A DNA stretch of 64,000 nt. It comes from a phage. The translations under genes and the position numbers were made by a program. The DNA lies in the NCBI GenBank assembly GCA_014161675.1, contig GCA_014161675.1_4760.1. One strand, 5' to 3'. The stretch's first letter is position 1, and each line of letters opens with the position of its first letter. The notes under the pieces were generated by a model. The model ran no database searches, was not told the origin of the DNA, and saw only the letters and a list, made by a program, of their open reading frames with translations. Of this stretch, positions 27,516-36,187 are shown one piece after another.

Positions 27516-27768
27516 AGAATGAAATTTTCACAGACACAATTTTACCATAAGTGAAGAATGAATATACATTATCGAGATATTCAACGTCACCTACAATCAC
27601 ATCAAACTGCGGATCAGCAACCGCCGCAACATATTCTACCAGTTCATCAAGAGAATGCAACTTAATTTCATCAATTCGGCTGTATTTGGTTGCATCTTTA
27701 ATTTTAAAACCACGTTCTTTCAGTTTGTCAATCAGAATTTCACGCGGAGTTTCAAACAGTTTGCTCAT
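27448..27768 (-). CDS. hypothetical protein
   Basis: 106 aa ORF with GAGGATTATATTATG leader. Confidence 0.45.
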   Translation of the reverse strand: MSKLFETPREILIDKLKERGFKIKDATKYSRIDEIKLHSLDELVEYVAAVADPQFDVIVGDVEYLDNVYSFFTYGKIVSVKISFCENVEVLASEPEKPTDNGPSAA

Positions 27769-27789
27769 AATATAATCCTCACATTAAAT

Positions 27790-27990
27790 CTAAAATTTGT
27801 TAACGACGAATTGCATAATTAGACTAATCACAAACATTGCAAACCAAGTATAAATGCAACAGATAAAAGCTACATACAATTCAATCTGGTCAGAGAATAC
27901 ACCGGGTAAAAGCATTAGCAAAATAACAACAGTAAAGACGCTAGCGATACCCGCAACAAAACCAATATCATTTTTACTAATCGTCATCAA
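27790..27990 (-). CDS. small membrane protein
   Basis: 66 aa hydrophobic. Confidence 0.35.
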   Translation of the reverse strand: MMTISKNDIGFVAGIASVFTVVILLMLLPGVFSDQIELYVAFICCIYTWFAMFVISLIMQFVVNKF

Positions 27991-28186
27991 GTCACCGTTT
28001 TGTAAAGAAACACAATAAAATCCAAGACAAGAAAGACAGTGTAAATGATCATCGTCAAGACAGTAAACACTGTCAAATTTTCATCGTTAGTTAATTCATA
28101 GTCGCCCGTCCATACAATCACAAGATATAGCATTGAAAGAATGGAAGCACCTACGAAGTTAAAAAAACATATTCTTGAGCGTCATA

Positions 28187-28369
28187 TTAACAATCCTCGC
28201 GGCTTAAGTCAACAGCAATTGCATACAGCATAATGAATATGCTAGCAGATCCGAGAATCAATGCACCGTCACATTTTGAAACTCGCTCATCAAAATGCAA
28301 CATTATCCATCCGAGGATGTTAAAGGCGCACACCGCGCCTATGTTATCTAACCAATTAATCTTTTTCAT
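28187..28369 (-). CDS. small membrane protein
   Basis: 60 aa hydrophobic. Confidence 0.35.
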   Translation of the reverse strand: MKKINWLDNIGAVCAFNILGWIMLHFDERVSKCDGALILGSASIFIMLYAIAVDLSREDC

Positions 28370-28377
28370 AATATACC

Positions 28378-28704
28378 TTAGAAAGAAACCGTTTTCAAGA
28401 AATCCAGATTTTCAGTACCGAAAACAGAAAAGTAGTGTTTTCCTTTTTCGGTTTTAGAGAAAGCGATTGTCTTCTCTACATGGTGACGGAAGCCAGACAG
28501 ACGATCACCCAGGTCAAGGCGGCAAGCGTAAGTAGTGCCGTTTTCGAAAGTAACCTCGATTTGAGTTTTGTCATATTCGCTTTCATAGGCTTTTGCTGCC
28601 GCGTCCTGTGCTTTACGCTCGAAGTCTTCGAAGTGGAATACTTCGTTTGCGTTAGCGAATACAGAAGATTCAGAGAAGATAACTTTAACAGATACTGGTT
28701 TCAT
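28378..28704 (-). CDS. hypothetical protein
   Basis: 108 aa; promoter + conserved leader upstream. Confidence 0.5.
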   Translation of the reverse strand: MKPVSVKVIFSESSVFANANEVFHFEDFERKAQDAAAKAYESEYDKTQIEVTFENGTTYACRLDLGDRLSGFRHHVEKTIAFSKTEKGKHYFSVFGTENLDFLKTVSF

Positions 28705-28783
28705 TTTGATACTCCTTAGTAGTTCGTGTTTCGTTTCGATGGGTGTATTATGCTATACACCCTATCGCGTGTCAACAACTTTT

Positions 28784-28972
28784 TTAGTCTTTTTTCAAAA
28801 TTTTTAAGGCAGTTTCTACAGCACCTTTCCAACCCTCCCACATAATGGACATAGTAATGAAGTTAAAGCACCCGCAGGAATCAACCTTTTTAGAGATAAA
28901 CCATTCAACAAATCCTTCGCTCATACCATGCTCTTTAGCGGATTCGCGTAATTGTTCAATTTGGTCTTCCAT
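28784..28972 (-). CDS. hypothetical protein
   Basis: 62 aa ORF. Confidence 0.4.
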   Translation of the reverse strand: MEDQIEQLRESAKEHGMSEGFVEWFISKKVDSCGCFNFITMSIMWEGWKGAVETALKILKKD

Positions 28973-28981
28973 AGTATCACC

Positions 28982-29182
28982 TCAACACTTAACATTATTC
29001 AAACGATTTTGAAAGTACATATAGCAAGCATAATTTTGTTTTGGCTGTACCGTGTCAGATAGACACGCTTTTACAGCCTCGCGGTCCGATGGATCTACAC
29101 CCTCAGCGTTAAGCAATGCTAAGATCTGATAATAGCGTACTCTCAGTTGCGTTAATGGTTTCTCTCCCATAAACCCCTCCAA
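28982..29182 (-). CDS. hypothetical protein
   Basis: 66 aa ORF. Confidence 0.4.
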   Translation of the reverse strand: MEGFMGEKPLTQLRVRYYQILALLNAEGVDPSDREAVKACLSDTVQPKQNYACYMYFQNRLNNVKC

Positions 29183-29410
29183 TTAAAGTTGATCAGCGAT
29201 GTATGCGGTGCAAGCGCGGAGTTTTGCCATAGCACCGCCTTTCATGTCACTAGCACCGACAATGTTCATGATCTCTAAGCGATCCGCTGGATTTAAGCGG
29301 GTAGCCCAGATCTGATTAGCCAGTTCCAGTTTACCCATTTGAGGTTCAATTTCTAACATTTCACGCTCAAAGTCGATGATTTCTTTTGCTGCTTCTTTAA
29401 AGTTGATCAT
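29183..29410 (-). CDS. hypothetical protein
   Basis: 75 aa; promoter-hairpin element + leader upstream. Confidence 0.45.
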   Translation of the reverse strand: MINFKEAAKEIIDFEREMLEIEPQMGKLELANQIWATRLNPADRLEIMNIVGASDMKGGAMAKLRACTAYIADQL

Positions 29411-29477
29411 TTTGATTCTCCCGTTTCGTTGATGATTGTATTGTAGGGGAGTTATACTCCCCTGTCAACACTTTTTA

Positions 29478-29663
29478 TCAGAAATATGCGATATAGTTTG
29501 CCAGTCCTACAGAGTCATCATTCGGCATTGCTTTTACTGCTAGTTCAAACCCTGCTTCAACTTTCTGTTTAGCGGATTCTTCGTTATAACCCCAGATGAC
29601 CAGAATAGCTACTACGTTTTCTTTGCTTACTGCTTTCAGTGCTTTAGTGATGCGACGTGCCAT
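29478..29663 (-). CDS. hypothetical protein
   Basis: 61 aa; terminator + promoter + conserved leader upstream. Confidence 0.45.
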   Translation of the reverse strand: MARRITKALKAVSKENVVAILVIWGYNEESAKQKVEAGFELAVKAMPNDDSVGLANYIAYF

Positions 29664-29764
29664 AATTTGATTCTCCGTTTAAGAAAGTGTGTTTCGTTTC
29701 GATGGGTGTATTATGCTATAGGCGTGATCTGGTGTCAACAACTTTTTTAAAAATTTTAGGCAAT

Positions 29765-29788
29765 AAAAAAGCCACTCCGAAGAGTGGC
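29765..29788 (-). terminator. rho-independent terminator
   Basis: minus sense GCCACTCTTCGGAGTGGC + UUUUUU. Confidence 0.6.
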
Positions 29789-29938
29789 TTATAGGGAAGG
29801 TAGCGAATCTTCCTTGTCTCCAACCTGCTAGCGGCCTAGCAAGTGAATGCTTTAGCGTACCGGATCACCCCATACGCTGTAATAAATGCGGCTAGGTGAC
29901 GTCCAAATCATTCTAACCGCGCTGTCTTTAGTTCACTA

Positions 29939-30157
29939 TTATTTATATCGCTTTCTCTCGCGACGTTTTTGATCTTCTTCCTTGATAGAGTTAAACGCAT
30001 CAAAAAGACACATGACACTGATAATGAACATAACCGTATTTTCTACGATATCCCACGGCTTCGCATCAGTACAGATCCCCCAAACGGTAAGAAATGCAAA
30101 TAGTGCAGAAGAGATCACAAGCATGATACTTGCTAAGATATAAAAAGTCATTTTCAT
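29939..30157 (-). CDS. small membrane protein
   Basis: 72 aa, two TM helices, basic C-terminus. Confidence 0.4.
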   Translation of the reverse strand: MKMTFYILASIMLVISSALFAFLTVWGICTDAKPWDIVENTVMFIISVMCLFDAFNSIKEEDQKRRERKRYK

Positions 30158-30348
30158 GGTTTTACCTCAATTCTTCGATATTCATCACACATCCACGCAG
30201 TAAGCAAGAATCCCAGCACATAAGCAACAAAATACGTTAATGCTTCTTCTGGTTTCGTGCTATGTATCATCAGTAAACCAGCGAGAAAGGTCTTAACAAT
30301 TACATTTAAAATAATTAGCCACGCAAATAATTTCATCGTTTGCCCCAT
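30154..30348 (-). CDS. small membrane protein
   Basis: 64 aa. Confidence 0.4.
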   Translation of the reverse strand: MGQTMKLFAWLIILNVIVKTFLAGLLMIHSTKPEEALTYFVAYVLGFLLTAWMCDEYRRIEVKP

Positions 30349-30572
30349 TTCGGTCGAGTCTTTTCAAACTTATACATTCCGTAACAATCTCGAATCATCC
30401 ACGTAACAAGAGCACCAGTCAACACAGACAATACACAGAAGAAGTAAAACGGTCCGGTTGCATTATCAACATGAGCAAGCCATGTAAAGAAAACACATGC
30501 AAGGAACGTGAAGAACATCATAAAGCACAAGAAAGCAAAATATTTTATACTACTCATAGCGCCACCATACAA
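30333..30572 (-). CDS. small membrane protein
   Basis: 79 aa. Confidence 0.4.
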   Translation of the reverse strand: MYGGAMSSIKYFAFLCFMMFFTFLACVFFTWLAHVDNATGPFYFFCVLSVLTGALVTWMIRDCYGMYKFEKTRPKWGKR

Positions 30573-30660
30573 CAGATCACAAGAAACCCCAACGCAATAA
30601 GAATTGCATCAAATTTAGTGAACTCCTGTCCACCTATCAACATCATTCGTTCTATTTCGT

Positions 30661-30903
30661 TCATAGCGTACAAAGCCATTTAAAAGCACCACATAAAGCG
30701 AGCAGAATACTAGGTATAAACGAGACCATAACAAGTTTGCAAAAATCATCTAAGGTAACGCCGGAATAGCTACCTACTGTAACAACACCTATCATCAGAC
30801 ACAGAAAGAAAACAAATGCAACCAGAAACAAAGTATTGCTAAACAGTTTAGTGATCATTAGACACCCCACGACGATCAATTTCAAAAACTTTTTTACCAT
30901 CAA
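30661..30903 (-). CDS. small membrane protein
   Basis: 80 aa. Confidence 0.4.
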   Translation of the reverse strand: MMVKKFLKLIVVGCLMITKLFSNTLFLVAFVFFLCLMIGVVTVGSYSGVTLDDFCKLVMVSFIPSILLALCGAFKWLCTL

Positions 30904-31051
30904 CGAAGCATGTCACAACTGCCTCGTTGACTTCCGCAAATTGTTGTGTTACCCACTTAAGGTCAGAGCGAAACAATGTTCTATTAATAACAAATGTTTT
31001 ACCGCTCTTATCCTTACCCATAAATTTTGCTTTAACCATATCCAATTCCAT
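30848..31051 (-). CDS. hypothetical protein
   Basis: 67 aa ORF. Confidence 0.35.
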   Translation of the reverse strand: MELDMVKAKFMGKDKSGKTFVINRTLFRSDLKWVTQQFAEVNEAVVTCFVDGKKVFEIDRRGVSNDH

Positions 31052-31060
31052 ATTATCACC

Positions 31061-31219
31061 TTATTTGCTAATCGCTAAACCCAATCCGAAGAGAGCACCC
31101 GATGCTACAGTATACCCGAAAGTTTCAAATGCAGTAAAGATATCTAAGCCACCAGCTAACAGAGTTGCAGTAAACAGAGTACCAGCTACGAACATAAAAG
31201 TTTTACCGATGAATTTCAT
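31061..31219 (-). CDS. small hydrophobic protein (52 aa)
   Basis: own translation MKFIGKTFMFVAGTLFTATLLAGGLDIFTAFETFGYTVASGALFGLGLAISK behind conserved leader; below ORF-track cutoff. Confidence 0.4.
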   Translation of the reverse strand: MKFIGKTFMFVAGTLFTATLLAGGLDIFTAFETFGYTVASGALFGLGLAISK

Positions 31220-31285
31220 TTTGATTCTCCTTTCGTTTGTTTGTGGGGGTATCTTACTACCCCCGTTTCATGTTGTCAACTATTT

Positions 31286-31663
31286 TTAAGAATATTTTAC
31301 TTCGTCTACAATGTCTTTCATGACATTGATTTCCATTCCGGTCAGAACACGTTGGAACATGTGCTGCACATACGCTTTCAGGTATTCATTTGATGGCTTA
31401 CTATCGAAAGTCTTTTTAGTGTAGTAGTCATCACCGAAAGCTACTGTAATTACATTTTCGTCGTCGTTCCAAGCGATATAAGCAAATTTGCCGTTATCCC
31501 AGAAGCGAGCACTAATTGCTACTTTTGTTGAATCGAATCCTACTTCGCTGTGAGATTCAAGAACTACTTGCGTGCCAGTTTCTTTATGAATGTAGTATCG
31601 GGATACTAAGTCAAAGTTACGGGTGTAGTGACATTCGAATTTATCTTTAAACATCATCATCAT
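31286..31663 (-). CDS. hypothetical protein
   Basis: start at MMMMFKD behind conserved leader; promoter and terminator upstream. Confidence 0.5.
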   Translation of the reverse strand: MMMMFKDKFECHYTRNFDLVSRYYIHKETGTQVVLESHSEVGFDSTKVAISARFWDNGKFAYIAWNDDENVITVAFGDDYYTKKTFDSKPSNEYLKAYVQHMFQRVLTGMEINVMKDIVDEVKYS

Positions 31664-31740
31664 TTTGATTCTCCTAAGTGTGTTTCGTTTCGATATGTGC
31701 ATTATGCTATAGTCGTTTATGGTTGTCAACACCTAAAAAC

Positions 31741-31765
31741 AAAAAACCCCGAAAAAATTTCGGGG
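31741..31765 (-). terminator. rho-independent terminator after 57B
   Basis: minus sense CCCCGAAATTTTTTCGGGG + UUUUUU. Confidence 0.6.
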
Positions 31766-31772
31766 TATAGAA

Positions 31773-32243
31773 TTACAGTTTGGTCGTCCACTCCAGGTCT
31801 AGATCTTCGACATACTCATGAGATCGGACAATCTCTAAATCGAACTCTAGGTCAGTGCCAAATTTACGCGCACCAACATCATAAGAAAGCGTGATATGCG
31901 GTACATATTCAGGATAATCCCACGTCGCGCCTAAAGCAGTGCCTATATCGTGTCTGAATTGCATGTAGTCGCTTTCAAATGCCAACACAAGCGCATTAGT
32001 ACCGGATTGAGTTTCAAACACTTTAAGATGGCATAGAGAGCCTAAAAACTTTTCACCCTCTTCTGGTATAAACGGAACATAGACACGAGAATATAAGATA
32101 GTGCTATGCAGTTTATCACGAGGAACGGCATTAGGCAGATCGTAGAACTCCTGCAATTTTTCAATGCGGTCTAGTGTATCCTCAGTGAATTTAACCGCCG
32201 CATATGTACCTTTAACGGATTCTCTAAACGGGGTCATAATCAA
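31773..32243 (-). CDS. 57B: 2H phosphoesterase, T4 gp57B / Acb1 (anti-CBASS nuclease) homolog
   Basis: two H-x-T motifs (HSTILYS, HITLSYD) about 70 aa apart; sits directly upstream of 57A and gene 1 as T4 57B does. Confidence 0.65.
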   Translation of the reverse strand: MIMTPFRESVKGTYAAVKFTEDTLDRIEKLQEFYDLPNAVPRDKLHSTILYSRVYVPFIPEEGEKFLGSLCHLKVFETQSGTNALVLAFESDYMQFRHDIGTALGATWDYPEYVPHITLSYDVGARKFGTDLEFDLEIVRSHEYVEDLDLEWTTKL

Positions 32244-32497
32244 GCCTCCGTGATCAGTTCTACTTCCTCTTCTGCGGCTTCGTCTTTAGGGAGAAGTGCT
32301 TTCACTTCTTCGACAATAGCATCAAGGGAAACAGTGCCGTTTTCGTCTGGCTGAATACCCAGAATGCGTACCAGTTCCATCAATACACGCTCACGATCTT
32401 TCAGTTGACCTTCTAAGAATGCGGCCTTTTCTTGAGTGTCAAACAGACGTACTTTCAGGACATTAATCATTTGTTCATGCTGATTGGACATATTCAC
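32240..32497 (-). CDS. 57A: tail fibre assembly chaperone gp57A-like (coiled coil)
   Basis: 85 aa helical protein between 57B and gene 1. Confidence 0.5.
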   Translation of the reverse strand: MNMSNQHEQMINVLKVRLFDTQEKAAFLEGQLKDRERVLMELVRILGIQPDENGTVSLDAIVEEVKALLPKDEAAEEEVELITEA

Positions 32498-32523
32498 ATC
32501 TCCTACTTGTTGATAACTTTTTA

Positions 32524-33180
32524 TTAAATGTTCGCGAGAATCGCGCTTTCAAATTCTTCTAATGTACCATTATTTATGATAATGGTTTCACCGTCAATAG
32601 GCAAAATTCCTTTTTCGGTGGAGTGAGTCGATACAATACCAGTATCACGCTGAATATGCAACACCTTAGCACCCATAGCACGCATGAGAGCAATTTCAAT
32701 AGGCTGACGCACATCAACCACTACAAAATACCCTTCTTCATTTTTGCGCTTCATAAACTCATCCACAAAGAGATTACACCAATAAAGCGGATTGATCAAG
32801 TTAACCATTATATCAGTACCGAGAGTGGTTAACATGAGACGAATAGACCAGACGTTATTATGTTTTTCGCCGATCTCATTAACGACCTTGTAAATCTCAG
32901 CCAGACGATCACAAGTAAAGGAACTACCGCCATACTTCGAATCTAGCATAAGCAGACACTGAATAAACCACTTATGCGCGGTATAGGTATCAATACCTAG
33001 ATCGGCTTCTCTGTCACGCCCTAACCCGTCAAAGTCAAGATAAGTCAGACCTAAGTCTGGTTGACATTCGCATAAGATTTCTTTGATCGGTGCTGCCAGT
33101 TGATAACTATGCCCATCAATTATTAACGCGGCAGTGTCTTTTCCTACTCGCTTTTTACCACAAAGTGCAATCAATTTCAT
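32524..33180 (-). CDS. 1: deoxynucleoside monophosphate kinase
   Basis: MKLIALCGKKRVGKDT P-loop start closely matching T4 gp1. Confidence 0.9.
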   Translation of the reverse strand: MKLIALCGKKRVGKDTAALIIDGHSYQLAAPIKEILCECQPDLGLTYLDFDGLGRDREADLGIDTYTAHKWFIQCLLMLDSKYGGSSFTCDRLAEIYKVVNEIGEKHNNVWSIRLMLTTLGTDIMVNLINPLYWCNLFVDEFMKRKNEEGYFVVVDVRQPIEIALMRAMGAKVLHIQRDTGIVSTHSTEKGILPIDGETIIINNGTLEEFESAILANI

Positions 33181-33195
33181 TATATAAGCCTCTTA

Positions 33196-33786
33196 TTACT
33201 TTCTAAAAGCAGGGTGCATAGCTTTAATACCTTCCACCCGCTGACGATCCGCCGCCTGAATTGCTGGGCGAGGAACGATCAGTTGACCATCACGTTCAAT
33301 GCTCATTGTTTTAAAGGGAAGAATTGCAGTACACACCAGAGATTCATGCATATCATCGGTGTATGTTAACTCAAGTTCCCCCAATTGTGAACACCAACAA
33401 CCATAAAAGTTAAAAGTGCACACAATGTTACGTCGTTCGTTGTCCATCATGTGAACTTGAACGGCTTCCGGCATTGAATCCTTCCACGCAGTGGAGTTAC
33501 CGTTATTGTAGTCTACTATAGAAAGCATCCATGTGTAAAGGTTTAGATAGCTTTCCAAATGCTCATCGACAATAAACCGGACTACCAACGGGTCAAACTC
33601 CACATGACTAGACGGATAATCAGCGACCGCCAAACCATATTGACCAGCAACTTGCTTAGTAGGTGGAATGGTTATAGCAGGAAGTGTAACACCTTGAGCA
33701 TTTAAAGTAAAGCCTTTTGTTAGTTGTCCATCTGGAATATTGATCTGCCAGTTGCTAGGGTTAGCATAGTTAAAGAGATTAGACAT
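33196..33786 (-). CDS. 3: tail completion / sheath stabiliser gp3-like
   Basis: position between gene 1 and gene 2 as in T4; 196 aa. Confidence 0.55.
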   Translation of the reverse strand: MSNLFNYANPSNWQINIPDGQLTKGFTLNAQGVTLPAITIPPTKQVAGQYGLAVADYPSSHVEFDPLVVRFIVDEHLESYLNLYTWMLSIVDYNNGNSTAWKDSMPEAVQVHMMDNERRNIVCTFNFYGCWCSQLGELELTYTDDMHESLVCTAILPFKTMSIERDGQLIVPRPAIQAADRQRVEGIKAMHPAFRK

Positions 33787-33975
33787 TACTGATTCCTCAA
33801 ATGAAAATATTTATTAACAATTGTCGCTTTGCGACGTGCCGTAGGCACTGACTACTTTTTAACCGAAACAAATTTTTATTATTCTAAAGATCTTTCTTCG
33901 TTTTGGTTATGTTTTAACCAATAACTATATTTTTATACAGTAATAAATAAAACGGGTACTATACGAGGACTTCTT

Positions 33976-34230
33976 ATGACAGAAGACATTTTGTTAAAAC
34001 TCTATGATCGTCTGGATAACGAATTGGCAACATTGCGGGGTGAAGTTCTCTATTTGTCTAAATGCAATACAGATCTGCTTAAGCAGATTGCAGAAAGGGA
34101 TGATCAAATAAAATCCCTTTCAGGTGCATTACGTGATCGCGACAAGGCATTAGAGATTTTACAGCGTGTTACCAATAAGGAAGAATTAAAAGACTTCTTA
34201 CATGGTTATGCTCATGCTATCGATCTATAA
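33976..34230 (+). CDS. hypothetical coiled-coil protein
   Basis: 84 aa ORF on opposite strand between genes 3 and 2; GAGGAC RBS 7 nt upstream of ATG. Confidence 0.4.
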   Translation: MTEDILLKLYDRLDNELATLRGEVLYLSKCNTDLLKQIAERDDQIKSLSGALRDRDKALEILQRVTNKEELKDFLHGYAHAIDL

Positions 34231-34259
34231 TAAAAAGCCCGTCAATGACGGGCTTAATG

Positions 34260-35081
34260 TTATGCATCCTTCCAAACTTTCCTTGCGTCGTATTTCTTGC
34301 CTTTTGACATAAACTGATATGTAGGCATATAGATAATATTGCTCCAGTCTTTCGGGCTAATCTCAACAAGTTTTGTTTTAATGTGTCCCGGTAGATATGC
34401 TTTGATCATGTGATCACTTCCACGCATACCTTTTACATCGCTCCATTTGATTTTTAAGCGTGTTTTATTGCTCAATGTAGGAGTAGATGCATATTGCTTT
34501 AAAAGTGCTTCCAGAAACTGCTGACGGGCTTTAGGCGTTACATAGTGTAAGTTAAGACCCAACATTACAGTATTACCCGCCTTTGTCTTAGAATCACCCA
34601 GACAAATGATCAGCGGGAAAACATCCCAATATGGCAAAGTGTCTTTATACTTCGCATCATACATAAATGTATAGATTCGCCCTACTTGCGGTTTTACAAT
34701 CTGGTGTCCCTTTATTCCCGCTTTTATTGTTTTAGTAAACCACTCCTGTGATTTTTCTTTAGGACGACTCTTTGATACAGCACGCATAGACGCACGAAAA
34801 TCATTAATCATCATCATTGCGCGTTGCTGCTTATTGAGACCCTTTGCACTTTTCCCTTTTAGTTTTTCAACTTCTATTGCTGTTTTAATTTCGCTGGCAT
34901 AACGAGACATACTTTTAGTGAAAGTCGCATAGGCTATTCCCTTAGAATCTGCAAATGCTTTAGCTGTCATTCCTTTGGCTTTTGCTTTCGCAAATTCTAC
35001 ACCCAATTCGACCCACTGTTTAGACTTTCGTTTTTGGGGAGACGGCTTTTCGTCTTCGGTGATTATTTCAAATACGCTCAT
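34260..35081 (-). CDS. 2: DNA end protector gp2-like
   Basis: 273 aa, basic N-terminus, position as in T4. Confidence 0.6.
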   Translation of the reverse strand: MSVFEIITEDEKPSPQKRKSKQWVELGVEFAKAKAKGMTAKAFADSKGIAYATFTKSMSRYASEIKTAIEVEKLKGKSAKGLNKQQRAMMMINDFRASMRAVSKSRPKEKSQEWFTKTIKAGIKGHQIVKPQVGRIYTFMYDAKYKDTLPYWDVFPLIICLGDSKTKAGNTVMLGLNLHYVTPKARQQFLEALLKQYASTPTLSNKTRLKIKWSDVKGMRGSDHMIKAYLPGHIKTKLVEISPKDWSNIIYMPTYQFMSKGKKYDARKVWKDA

Positions 35082-35092
35082 AATATTATCCT

Positions 35093-35566
35093 CTATTTGT
35101 TAAGCCCTTTAAAGCCAAACACTTTCTTTAATGCATGTTCGGTTATGATCTTAAACTCCATGTTATGCTTTTGGCATAATTTCACGGCAGCTAACCATTT
35201 TTCAGTATTTTTTGTGTACGTCCATACTTCATGCATATATCGTTGCTTTGTCTTCGCGGTCATTCTTTTTGGCTTTTCCGGTGGCCTTGTCTCTTTAGCT
35301 GGTTTAACTTCCCATAAATGCTCCTTGCCATCATCAAACTTAACGTAAAAATCCATAAAGTATCTGTGTCTTTTCCCGTCTGTTGATGACTCATAAGGAA
35401 TTACTACGGTCTCAGATCCCCATTTTGCAACTCTAGGATTGCGGTCTAGCCACTGCATGATCCATCTTTCCCAGCTTGAACGGTATGTGATCTTACGTAT
35501 ATCCCCTTTATACTTTTCCTTATTCTCAGGAACATACTTGCCCTTATAAGTGTTAGATCCTCCCAT
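35093..35566 (-). CDS. 4: head completion protein gp4-like
   Basis: 157 aa, position as in T4. Confidence 0.6.
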   Translation of the reverse strand: MGGSNTYKGKYVPENKEKYKGDIRKITYRSSWERWIMQWLDRNPRVAKWGSETVVIPYESSTDGKRHRYFMDFYVKFDDGKEHLWEVKPAKETRPPEKPKRMTAKTKQRYMHEVWTYTKNTEKWLAAVKLCQKHNMEFKIITEHALKKVFGFKGLNK

Positions 35567-35581
35567 TTTAGCACCCTTTAT

Positions 35582-35589
35582 TATAAATA
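35582..35589 (+). promoter_or_regulatory. T4-type late promoter TATAAATA for gene 53
   Basis: exact TATAAATA about 30 nt upstream of gene 53 ATG; enclosed by 10-bp inverted repeat TTAGCACCCT/AGGGTGCTAA. Confidence 0.6.
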
Positions 35590-35621
35590 CATAATACTAT
35601 TTATCAATTGAGGGTGCTAAA

Positions 35622-36176
35622 ATGCTCTTTTCTTTCTTCCCTGCCATTGAATACAACGGCAAGATGATTACTGACATTGTGCGCAATTACCGCGCATATT
35701 TCAACGCAATAATTTCCGATTATAACATACAAACATATTACATTCAAGGTAGTCCACGACCGGAACAAGTTGCATATGAAGTATACGGAAACCAACAACT
35801 TTATTGGATCTTGCTGATGCTTAATGACGTATACGATCCGTTCCATGACTGGATCACCGATCAAGAGACAGCATATGAATCAGCCGAACAACGATATGCA
35901 AACGTAGGAGGAAATCAAGTATTATACCACGTTGATATTGACGGAAACAAGTATTGGAATCTTACCGAATATCCGAAAGGATCAAGCAATTGGTATGATA
36001 AAGGGGATATTCATCATCGTCATTTGCAGTTTCAAGGTGCACTATCGGCAGTAGACACACTGGAAGATGCGATCCTCCGCAATGAGGAACGACGCAAGAT
36101 CAAGATCATAGATCCTACACAAATTAAACAATTTATTAACGCATTCATTCGAGAAATGGAAAAGGCTGATGTGTAA
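35622..36176 (+). CDS. 53: baseplate wedge protein gp53
   Basis: TYYIQGSPRPE...YGNQQLYWILLM matches T4 gp53 from memory. Confidence 0.85.
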   Translation: MLFSFFPAIEYNGKMITDIVRNYRAYFNAIISDYNIQTYYIQGSPRPEQVAYEVYGNQQLYWILLMLNDVYDPFHDWITDQETAYESAEQRYANVGGNQVLYHVDIDGNKYWNLTEYPKGSSNWYDKGDIHHRHLQFQGALSAVDTLEDAILRNEERRKIKIIDPTQIKQFINAFIREMEKADV

Positions 36177-36187
36177 GGTGATTAATT

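Noticed and set aside
3549-31770. CRISPR array suggested by recurring GC-rich hairpins
   Set aside because: The repeats are dispersed, each tied to a promoter and a gene start, with variable spacing of hundreds to thousands of bp; not a regular repeat-spacer array.
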